Source: a virus. From it: a stretch of DNA of 35,437 bases. The first letter of the stretch is position 1, and each line of letters begins with the position of its first letter. The notes beneath the pieces are model-generated. The model did not search any database and was not told where the DNA came from. It saw nothing but the letters and a program-made list of their open reading frames with translations. The position numbers and the translations under genes were made by a program. Positions 7,185 through 14,179 of this stretch are shown piece by piece. The stretch lies in the IMG/VR virus record IMGVR_UViG_3300020047_008974; one strand, given 5' to 3'.

Positions 7185-7272
7185 AGGTAGATTTCGATTC
7201 CCCGTCGACCTACCCGCTCCAAAAGAGCTCATAAACCCTATTGCATTAAAGACACCACTGTGTGTCTTTTTT
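7185..7272 (+). ncRNA. Candidate ~85-90-nt small RNA, or a terminated leader
   Basis: Bounded by the promoter above and the terminator at 7250-7272. Predicted hairpins are 7186-7214 (GGTAG/CTACC plus TCGA/TCGA) and 7216-7228. No ORF. Confidence 0.35.
7250..7272 (+). terminator. Intrinsic terminator
   Basis: AGACAC 7250-7255 / GTGTCT 7262-7267, 6-nt loop, T-run to 7272. Confidence 0.6.
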
Positions 7273-7296
7273 GTTTGTTGTATCTTTTTTGTTATG

Positions 7297-7305
7297 TGCT
7301 ACTAT
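7297..7305 (+). promoter_or_regulatory. Candidate extended -10 box (TGCTACTAT) placing the start site on the ATG of the next gene
   Basis: The hexamer ends at 7305 and ATG 7312 is 7 nt downstream, implying a leaderless mRNA. Confidence 0.3.
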
Positions 7306-7311
7306 TAAATT

Positions 7312-8610
7312 ATGAGTAAACTTAAACTAAAATGGCATACAGAGCAGAGAATTATCAATGACCTTATCCCTTTTGATCAGAACCCTCGTAAAATGACTGA
7401 GGATCAGGCCAAACAATTAACAAAATCAATAGAGGAATTCGATATTGTAGAAATTCCCGCAATTGATTTAGATAATATTTTAGTAGCAGGTCACCAACGA
7501 ATGCGAGTAATGCAATTACTAGGACGTGGAGGTGAAACAACAGACGTACGTGTACCAAATAGAAAATTAACACCTAAAGAATTCAAGGATTACAACGTAC
7601 GATCCAATAAGAATGTAGGTATGTGGGATGATGAATTACTAGCAGGATTATTTGATGAGCAGGAACTCCGTGATTTAGGCTTCAGTGACCTAGAATTGGG
7701 CCTATTAGACTTCAATAACCCTAAAGAGGAGGATGACGACGTAGTACCAGATTTACCTGAAAATGAACCAATTTCAAAGCTTGGTGACTTGTATGAATTA
7801 CCAGGAGGTCACCGGATACTATGTGGTGACTCAACCAGTAAAGAGGATGTGGAGAAATTAATGGATGGAGAAAAAGCCGACCTAGTATTTACGGATCCGC
7901 CTTACAACGTAGATTACTCAGGAACAGGGAAAAATACTAAAGAGGGTATATTAAACGACAATATGAGCCGAGAAGAATTTAATACATTCTTAGGTGAAGT
8001 ATTCAAAAGATACTCAGAAGTAACAAAAGAAACAGCAGCCTGGTATGTATTCCACTCTCCAAAGACTCAAGACCAATTCAAGAACGAAATAAACAAAACC
8101 GACTGGAAAGTAAAAAACCAGATAATATGGAACAAACCAAACGCAGGTATGGGAATGAATGAATACCGACAAAAACACGAACCAATGTTCTATTGTGGTA
8201 CTGATAGTGTAAAATTCTATGGTGATCGTACAGGAACTACTGTGTTGGACTTCCACAAAGAAATAGATGACTTAGTTAAATGGGCAAAAACAGTACAAAA
8301 TGCCGATAGAAATGGAAAAACGACTATATGGACTATGAAACGAGAGCCAGTAGGAGATTACGTACACCCAACACAGAAGCCTGTTGAACTTATAGAATAT
8401 GTAATACGCAATTCAAGTAAACCCGGAGATTTAGTATTGGACTTATTTATGGGATCAGGCGCAACTTTGATTGCTGCAGGTAAAAAAGGACGTGTAGCCT
8501 ACGGTATGGAGCTCGATCCAAAGTACGTGGATGTTGTTATAGGACGTTACTGCAACTACACTTGCAACGATAAGATCATAAAGAATGGCGAGGAAATAAC
8601 CTGGCAATAG
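7312..8610 (+). CDS. ParB-like nuclease domain fused to an N6-adenine/N4-cytosine DNA methyltransferase
   Basis: The N-terminus has a ParB-type DLIPFDQNPR...VAGHQR pattern. The C-terminal half has TDPPYN (motif IV) followed later by DLFMGSGAT (FxGxG, motif I), which is the beta-class order. Confidence 0.8.
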   Translation: MSKLKLKWHTEQRIINDLIPFDQNPRKMTEDQAKQLTKSIEEFDIVEIPAIDLDNILVAGHQRMRVMQLLGRGGETTDVRVPNRKLTPKEFKDYNVRSNKNVGMWDDELLAGLFDEQELRDLGFSDLELGLLDFNNPKEEDDDVVPDLPENEPISKLGDLYELPGGHRILCGDSTSKEDVEKLMDGEKADLVFTDPPYNVDYSGTGKNTKEGILNDNMSREEFNTFLGEVFKRYSEVTKETAAWYVFHSPKTQDQFKNEINKTDWKVKNQIIWNKPNAGMGMNEYRQKHEPMFYCGTDSVKFYGDRTGTTVLDFHKEIDDLVKWAKTVQNADRNGKTTIWTMKREPVGDYVHPTQKPVELIEYVIRNSSKPGDLVLDLFMGSGATLIAAGKKGRVAYGMELDPKYVDVVIGRYCNYTCNDKIIKNGEEITWQ

Positions 8611-8611
8611 T

Positions 8612-8956
8612 ATGAGAAAAATACCAGATGATCTGAGAACAGAGATGGCAAACGATCCGTACTATAAAAAATGCGCCTTAACTGGTATTACTGATGGAAA
8701 GATAGACTGGCATCACAACTTGACCTATGCCGGCCGTCAGGTTAATGAAAAATGGTGTATAATACCCTTATCAAAACCAATCCACGATAGAATAGACTAC
8801 TACAAAGATAAAGTGGACTGGATTATGCTCAATAGGGCAACAGATGATGAACTAGTAGCCTACAGCAAGGCAATAGACTTAATAGCTAAAAGAAACCGAC
8901 TTAATAAACTATATGGCGAAACATTTAGAGAAAGAGATACAACTAGCTATTTGTAA
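8612..8956 (+). CDS. Hypothetical protein, possibly HNH/His-Me-finger-like
   Basis: C..TG....IDWHHN...IPLSKPIHDRI is loosely HNH-like, but the Cys ligand set is incomplete. Confidence 0.55.
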   Translation: MRKIPDDLRTEMANDPYYKKCALTGITDGKIDWHHNLTYAGRQVNEKWCIIPLSKPIHDRIDYYKDKVDWIMLNRATDDELVAYSKAIDLIAKRNRLNKLYGETFRERDTTSYL

Positions 8957-9227
8957 TTATTTAGAATATAAAAGGTATTTCTTTTGGCGGCAAAACACCA
9001 CACCAATATTCGATAAAGACCATTTCAGATCAATGCCCAAGTATTCCATAAACGGTGTCCCTGATATTATTCTCATAAAGGACGGTATATTCTGGGGTTT
9101 GGAAGTGAAGCAACCTAAAGGAAAACAAAGCGAAAATCAGAAAATATTCGAGTATAAGACAAAAAAAGCAGGTGGTAAGTATAATATAGTGACTAGCCTA
9201 GACGATATTATTGCTCTAGGACTATAA
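8913..9227 (+). CDS. VRR-NUC domain nuclease
   Basis: GVPDIILIKDGIFWGLEVKQPKGKQSENQ matches the PD-(D/E)xK core of VRR-NUC. The start has the ctatATGGC context. Confidence 0.7.
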   Translation: MAKHLEKEIQLAICNYLEYKRYFFWRQNTTPIFDKDHFRSMPKYSINGVPDIILIKDGIFWGLEVKQPKGKQSENQKIFEYKTKKAGGKYNIVTSLDDIIALGL

Positions 9228-9231
9228 AAGC

Positions 9232-9253
9232 AGGCAAGGTACTTGCTTTTTTT
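9232..9253 (+). terminator. Intrinsic terminator
   Basis: GCAAG 9234-9238 / CTTGC 9242-9246, followed by T7 at 9247-9253. Confidence 0.55.
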
Positions 9254-9305
9254 AGTACCCAGGTGTATTATTTAGGTGTTTATTAGTAATTAATATAAAA
9301 AATAT

Positions 9306-9503
9306 ATGAAAAAAGTAGAATTGACACCGGAACAAGAGGAATTGGCCAAAAAAGTATCAGATCAGATAACTGGAATATTAAACGATAATGGACTCGCTAT
9401 TAGTATAGAAATGATCTATGGACCTGATGCTATTACAGCAAAACCAATTATGGTGTTTACAAACATAAAAGCTGATGAGGTAGCTGAGGAAAAAAATGAC
9501 TAG
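9306..9503 (+). CDS. Hypothetical small acidic protein
   Basis: 65-aa ORF, overlapping the next gene by 8 nt. Confidence 0.55.
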   Translation: MKKVELTPEQEELAKKVSDQITGILNDNGLAISIEMIYGPDAITAKPIMVFTNIKADEVAEEKND

Positions 9504-9738
9504 TTTCCTATTAGGATTAGTTATTGGATTAGTTACAGGTTTTATTGGTGGTTTGTTTTATTATGCTAAAAAGGTACATAAGCATATAACCACAGAGGAA
9601 TTAACCCGGGAAACCATTAACTCAATCATTATGGGAGATGAACCCAAAGGGGAATTTATTAGTGTTAACCCAGTTACTGAGTACATCCGAAACCACGAGG
9701 GCCAGGAGATAAAACTCGGTGACGTAATAGAGGAATAA
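9496..9738 (+). CDS. Small membrane-anchored protein
   Basis: N-terminal helix FLLGLVIGLVTGFIGGLFYY. Confidence 0.55.
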   Translation: MTSFLLGLVIGLVTGFIGGLFYYAKKVHKHITTEELTRETINSIIMGDEPKGEFISVNPVTEYIRNHEGQEIKLGDVIEE

Positions 9739-9740
9739 AT

Positions 9741-11252
9741 ATGGCAAAACAAGTATTATTCGGACGTGATGCAAAAGATAAGATCAAGGTAGGTATTGAT
9801 ACTGTTTGTAAAGCAATCCGTACCACGATCGGTCCAAAAGGACGTAATGCATTTATAGATGACCAGATGCAACCAAAACTAACCAATGATGGTAAAACAA
9901 TAGCAATGTCTATTGAATTATCTGACAAGTTAGAAAATATGGGTGCTTGGTTAGTTAAAAACTCGTCCAGTCAAACAGATGACGATGCAGGAGATGGAAC
10001 ATCAACCACATCAGTACTACTGAAAGCAATTATTGATGAAGCTCAGAAACGACCAGAGAGTCCAATGGATATTAAACGCTCATTGATTAAAACAGGTGAA
10101 CAGGTAAAAAAGTACATTAAGGAAGCATCACAACCAATTAAAGACAACCAGATAGCAGATATTGCTACCATTTCTGCTGAATCAAGAGAATTAGGTGACT
10201 TGATAGCTAAGATTATAAAAGAATCAGGTAAAAACAAACCAATCAATATCGAGGATAACTCAGAGCCTGTTATTGATTATGAGATCAGTAAAGGATTAGA
10301 AACAAACGTAGGATTTGCACATCACGCATTTATTAACAACGCCCGGAACGGAACTTGTGAACTGGAAAACGTGGCAGTGTTTGCAACTGATAGACGTATC
10401 TCAAGCCTACCGGACTTAATGACATTACTTAGATTATTGGAGGTTAATAAAATAACCGACTTGATCCTATTGGTAAGTGACATTGAAAACTCAGTATTAG
10501 GAAGTCTAGTACAATCAAAGGCAGCTGGTATGTTTAACTCTTTAGTGATCCGAGCAAGAAACGCAGAACTGGAGGATATGGTAGCTATGACAGGTGCAAC
10601 TCTTGTATCAGAACTAACCGGCCTTAAGTTTAGTGACGTGAAACTGGAACATTTGGGTAGGGTTAAAAAAATTGTTGCTAGCGATAAGAAAACACTAATT
10701 ATCAATGAGTCACCGGCAGCAAAAGAAAAAGAGGATACACTTAGAGCATTAGCTGACAACACTAAAAACATTTATGAAAAGAAATTCCTAAATGATCGAG
10801 CTGATAAGTTATCAGGAGGTGTGGTAGTCATAAAAGTAGGTGCGCACGTTGATTCAGAACGAATTTACCAGAAGTATAAGATAGAGGATGCAGTGAACGC
10901 TACAAAATCCGCCCTGGAGGAGGGAATTGTAGAGGGAGGAGGTATGTGCTTCTATCGAATCTCTAATAAGTTCAAAGGTAATTCAATCGGTGAATCTATC
11001 CTACGCAACGCACTAAAGGAACCATTGAAAGCTATTATTGAAAATTGTGACGAGGATTACTCAGCTATTGTTAAACGATTACCAAATAAAAAAGGATATG
11101 ATGCCTCATCAGGTAAAGCAGTAGATATGATCAAGGCAGGTATTATTGATCCAGCCCGGGTAACCAGATCAGCATTTCAAAACGCATTAGAAACAGCTGC
11201 AACCTATATAACAATGGAGGTAGCTATTTCAGATATTAATGAAACCAAATAA
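9741..11252 (+). CDS. groEL: GroEL-like group I chaperonin (503 aa, shorter than cellular GroEL)
   Basis: AKQVLFGRDA..., TIGPKGRN, DDAGDGTSTTSVL (ATP-site GDGTTT-like), EEGIVEGGG and GIIDPARVTRSAFQNA align by eye with E. coli GroEL landmarks. No GGM tail. Confidence 0.9.
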   Translation: MAKQVLFGRDAKDKIKVGIDTVCKAIRTTIGPKGRNAFIDDQMQPKLTNDGKTIAMSIELSDKLENMGAWLVKNSSSQTDDDAGDGTSTTSVLLKAIIDEAQKRPESPMDIKRSLIKTGEQVKKYIKEASQPIKDNQIADIATISAESRELGDLIAKIIKESGKNKPINIEDNSEPVIDYEISKGLETNVGFAHHAFINNARNGTCELENVAVFATDRRISSLPDLMTLLRLLEVNKITDLILLVSDIENSVLGSLVQSKAAGMFNSLVIRARNAELEDMVAMTGATLVSELTGLKFSDVKLEHLGRVKKIVASDKKTLIINESPAAKEKEDTLRALADNTKNIYEKKFLNDRADKLSGGVVVIKVGAHVDSERIYQKYKIEDAVNATKSALEEGIVEGGGMCFYRISNKFKGNSIGESILRNALKEPLKAIIENCDEDYSAIVKRLPNKKGYDASSGKAVDMIKAGIIDPARVTRSAFQNALETAATYITMEVAISDINETK

Positions 11253-11253
11253 T

Positions 11254-11526
11254 ATGAAACCAATTGGAAAAAAGATACAGCTAGATATTAAAGATGTAAA
11301 AATCGGCGCAATTCAATCAGATTCAATCGAGGAACACGGAACTATTACAGCAATAGGAGATCAAGTATGGATGACCTCAATCGGTGAATATGATAAAGAT
11401 TCAGTAAATGAATTAGTAGGCAAAACCTTATATTTCAAAGCGTGGGCCGTAGACGTTATTAGTAAAGATGAAAAAAAATACTACTTCATATCAGCTGACT
11501 CAGATGCTATATGTGCTGTAGAATAA
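11254..11526 (+). CDS. groES: GroES/gp31-like co-chaperonin (90 aa)
   Basis: TAAtATG junction after GroEL. MKPIGKKIQL... at the N-terminus and ...YYFISADSDAICAVE at the C-terminus resemble GroES ends. The track start at 11239 overlaps GroEL and is less likely. Confidence 0.6.
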   Translation: MKPIGKKIQLDIKDVKIGAIQSDSIEEHGTITAIGDQVWMTSIGEYDKDSVNELVGKTLYFKAWAVDVISKDEKKYYFISADSDAICAVE

Positions 11527-11530
11527 TTGT

Positions 11531-11638
11531 ATGAAACCTGTAAGTTACTTCAATATAGTATTAATTATACTACTTGGAGTGTTAGCGAGCCCTTGGTGGT
11601 TATTGTTATTATTAATTTATTTACTACCAACCATATGA
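11531..11638 (+). CDS. 35-aa hydrophobic micro-protein (candidate)
   Basis: Hand translation: MKPVSYFNIVLIILLGVLASPWWLLLLLIYLLPTI. Its TGA overlaps ATG 11635 (ATGA). This is an alternative to the TTG-start 109-aa track ORF. Confidence 0.35.
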   Translation: MKPVSYFNIVLIILLGVLASPWWLLLLLIYLLPTI

Positions 11639-11856
11639 CCTGCGGAGATAATATAAACTCAGTGCATAAAATGAAGTATATCCAGGAGGATGAACGGATT
11701 ATTGTAGTATTCTGTGAACGATGTAAAGCTAGGTACTTTATACGGAAATACGATGGTAGAACAGATCCAATATACGGAAAGCTACTACGCAGAGATACAT
11801 TACAGCCAGCACATAACCTGTACTACAAGGAGTATGGGAAAATGAATATAGTATAA
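11635..11856 (+). CDS. Hypothetical small Cys-containing protein (73 aa from ATG 11635)
   Basis: Same frame as track ORF 11527..11856, whose first 36 codons start at TTG and look non-genic. Confidence 0.5.
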   Translation: MTCGDNINSVHKMKYIQEDERIIVVFCERCKARYFIRKYDGRTDPIYGKLLRRDTLQPAHNLYYKEYGKMNIV

Positions 11857-11862
11857 AAAAAG

Positions 11863-11888
11863 CCCCCTATTGCTAGGGGGTTTCCTTG
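11863..11888. terminator. Bidirectional intrinsic terminator
   Basis: CCCCCTA 11863-11869 / TAGGGGG 11874-11880 with loop TTGC. A7 lies upstream and TTTCCTTG downstream. Confidence 0.65.
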
Positions 11889-11928
11889 TCGGGGAAGTCC
11901 GTGCGGACGTACAACCAAACTAATCTGG

Positions 11929-12045
11929 TTATAACTTATAGCCGGTGTCAGTAAACTGCTCAAGGGCTAAGTAATCTTTTAAGCGCAACAACTGACGATC
12001 TTGTTCGATGGTAGTTTTTTTAACCATAGGTGCTTTCTTTTTCAT
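11929..12045 (-). CDS. Candidate 38-aa basic micro-protein on the opposite strand
   Basis: Hand translation: MKKKAPMVKKTTIEQDRQLLRLKDYLALEQFTDTGYKL. It has its own TGCTATACT box upstream and the 11863-11888 terminator downstream. Confidence 0.3.
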   Translation of the reverse strand: MKKKAPMVKKTTIEQDRQLLRLKDYLALEQFTDTGYKL

Positions 12046-12068
12046 AAGAACTGCTTTTATTTGATACC

Positions 12069-12077
12069 AGTATAGCA
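12069..12077 (-). promoter_or_regulatory. Candidate extended -10 box (TGCTATACT on minus strand)
   Basis: Reverse complement of AGTATAGCA, about 24 nt upstream of ATG 12045. Confidence 0.3.
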
Positions 12078-12113
12078 CTAATTAATTAAAATACTAGACA
12101 ATAACAACAGAGG

Positions 12114-12122
12114 TGTTATACT
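12114..12122 (+). promoter_or_regulatory. Candidate extended -10 box (TGTTATACT) for the morphogenesis operon
   Basis: The hexamer ends at 12122 and ATG 12129 is 7 nt downstream, a leaderless geometry. Confidence 0.3.
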
Positions 12123-12128
12123 TTTTGT

Positions 12129-12518
12129 ATGAACAATGATATTCCATTAAATAATAGTGAAAATATAGTAAAAAGAAATGAAAAAGGACAACTTGAAAAA
12201 GGTTCTGTTCTTAACCCTGCAGGTAAACCAAAAGGCGCTAAACATATTTCCACGCTTGTCTTTAATGCATTACAGAATATGTCACCCAAAGGCGATGGAA
12301 AGAAATGGGAGGACCTATTCGTTGAACGTATCTTACTAGAAGCAATCAACAAAGGTAATCCAAAAGTTATGTCATTACTGTGGGCTTATATGGATGGACA
12401 ACCTCAACAAGGAATAGACCTAACAACAGGAGGAGAATCATTAAACCAGGCAAGTGATGATGTTATGGAGATAGCTAAACAAGTGGCCGCTCAATTAAAA
12501 GCTAAAAAGACTAAATAA
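12129..12518 (+). CDS. Putative terminase small subunit
   Basis: 129 aa, immediately upstream of the large terminase. Basic N-terminal segment NPAGKPKGAK. Confidence 0.45.
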   Translation: MNNDIPLNNSENIVKRNEKGQLEKGSVLNPAGKPKGAKHISTLVFNALQNMSPKGDGKKWEDLFVERILLEAINKGNPKVMSLLWAYMDGQPQQGIDLTTGGESLNQASDDVMEIAKQVAAQLKAKKTK

Positions 12519-12522
12519 ACCT

Positions 12523-14118
12523 ATGGATGAAGTGACAAAAGAAAAACTGGCTAACTTAGACATCCATATCTTTAATGAAGTATACGAAATAAAGAATGAA
12601 CAAGGTAATAAGCTAGACTTCACACAGCACTCATTCCTATGGGACATCTATTCAGACTTGTCTCCTTTTCAGGCTATTATGAAAGCAGCGCAGGTAGGAT
12701 TTACCACCACTGCAATCATTAAAAGCTTATGGGTAGCTCATACCAAGAAAATGGATATGATCTATACAATGCCAACTTACTCAGACGTTAATACATTGGT
12801 GACTTCAAAGGTAAACCGTATCATTGAACAGAACCCGGTACTACAGGAATGGGTATCCAAGAAAGATACTATTGAACAAAAGCGTGTAGGTGATTCAGTT
12901 ATCTATTACCGAGGAACCTGGAGCGAACGAGAAGCACTCTCAACATCCTCAGACTTAAACATTCACGATGAGGTAGACCGCAGTAACTTAAAAGTGGTTG
13001 ATCAATACTATTCACGTTTACAACACTCCAAGTATCACTGGCAGTGGCTTTTTAGTAACCCAAGTGTACCAGAGATAGGAGTGCATAAACTATGGAGTAG
13101 ATCAGATCAAAAGCATTACTTCTATACCTGTAAAGAATGCGGGAAAAAGCAATTCCTAGTAATGGATAACATTATGAAAAAGGAAGAGGATAAGGATGAG
13201 TGGTACTTCGGCTGTACCACCTGTAAGGCTGAAATTGCCCGCTATGGGGGCGAATGGATAGCTAGGTGGAGAGATAGGACCTATGACCCAATAAAGAACC
13301 CACACGGGGTAAATGGCTATTGGATTAGCTTGTTAATGTGTCCGTGGGTATCGGCCAACACTATCAAGGATTTGGAAAAGAATAAACCCGCTGATTTCTT
13401 TGCTAACTTCGTATTAGGAATACCATACACAGGAAGTGGTAACGTAGTAAACAAAGGAACCATTATGCGTAACCTAACTGATGCAGTGAACACCCAGGAG
13501 GGGCGCATTGTTATTGGAGTGGATCCCGGGATTGATATTAGATACGTTATTGGTAATGCGCAGGGGATATTCTATTACGGATCCTGTAAAGACTATTCAG
13601 AACTGGAAGCATTAATGAAACGATGGCCTAAAGCTATTATGGTTATAGACTCCGGGGGGGATATCATAGCCAGTCGTGAATTAAGAGCCAGATTTAAAAA
13701 CCGTATATTCTTAGCGTATTACCGACTGGACCGTAAGAGTGAAAATATATTTGATTGGAATGATGATGAGGGCTCAGTAACTATTGATCGAAACAAAACC
13801 ATCCAATTAGTTATTGATGAGTTTACTGATAGACGAATACCAATTTATGGGAACGAAACAGAATGGTACGATTACTGGCTTCACTGGTCACACATCTACC
13901 GAGTATCAGAGGAAACAAACCTAGGACAAATACGACACAAATGGATGCGTAGTGATCGAGATGACTGGGTACACGCAACCGTATACTGGAGAACCGGGAT
14001 GGATAGATTTATGGAGGGTGAGGGGGCAATTATTAACATTCAAGAGTCAATCGGAGAGGTTGGATACACAACTGATCCTACTGGAAAACATTTATTCCAG
14101 CCTCAAAGAAAATATTAA
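12523..14118 (+). CDS. terL: Terminase large subunit (GpA-like)
   Basis: KAAQVGFTTTA resembles the lambda GpA-type K-S-A-R-V-G-Y-S ATPase segment. Also an internal CKECGKK...CTTCKAEI zinc-ribbon-like pair and acidic nuclease-like motifs (VIGVDPG, VIDSGGD). Followed by the portal. Confidence 0.8.
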   Translation: MDEVTKEKLANLDIHIFNEVYEIKNEQGNKLDFTQHSFLWDIYSDLSPFQAIMKAAQVGFTTTAIIKSLWVAHTKKMDMIYTMPTYSDVNTLVTSKVNRIIEQNPVLQEWVSKKDTIEQKRVGDSVIYYRGTWSEREALSTSSDLNIHDEVDRSNLKVVDQYYSRLQHSKYHWQWLFSNPSVPEIGVHKLWSRSDQKHYFYTCKECGKKQFLVMDNIMKKEEDKDEWYFGCTTCKAEIARYGGEWIARWRDRTYDPIKNPHGVNGYWISLLMCPWVSANTIKDLEKNKPADFFANFVLGIPYTGSGNVVNKGTIMRNLTDAVNTQEGRIVIGVDPGIDIRYVIGNAQGIFYYGSCKDYSELEALMKRWPKAIMVIDSGGDIIASRELRARFKNRIFLAYYRLDRKSENIFDWNDDEGSVTIDRNKTIQLVIDEFTDRRIPIYGNETEWYDYWLHWSHIYRVSEETNLGQIRHKWMRSDRDDWVHATVYWRTGMDRFMEGEGAIINIQESIGEVGYTTDPTGKHLFQPQRKY

Positions 14119-14179
14119 TTTGCTTGACTTTTAAAAAACATATATAATTCACTTATTATCAATCTGATCCAATAATACT

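Noticed and set aside
7186-7220. tRNA-like sequence (TTCGATTCC followed by an acceptor-like stretch and CCC/CCA-like end), considered as a tRNA gene or a tRNA-derived attP core
   Set aside because: The 5 nt before TTCGATT cannot pair with the 5 nt after it, and no D or anticodon arm can be drawn upstream. There is also no integrase anywhere in the complete genome. It is treated as part of the candidate sRNA hairpin instead.
14119-14179. TTGACT ... TATAAT-like pair upstream of the portal gene as an internal promoter
   Set aside because: The spacer is only 13 nt, outside the functional 16-18-nt range. In A+T-rich intergenic DNA this is probably a chance match.
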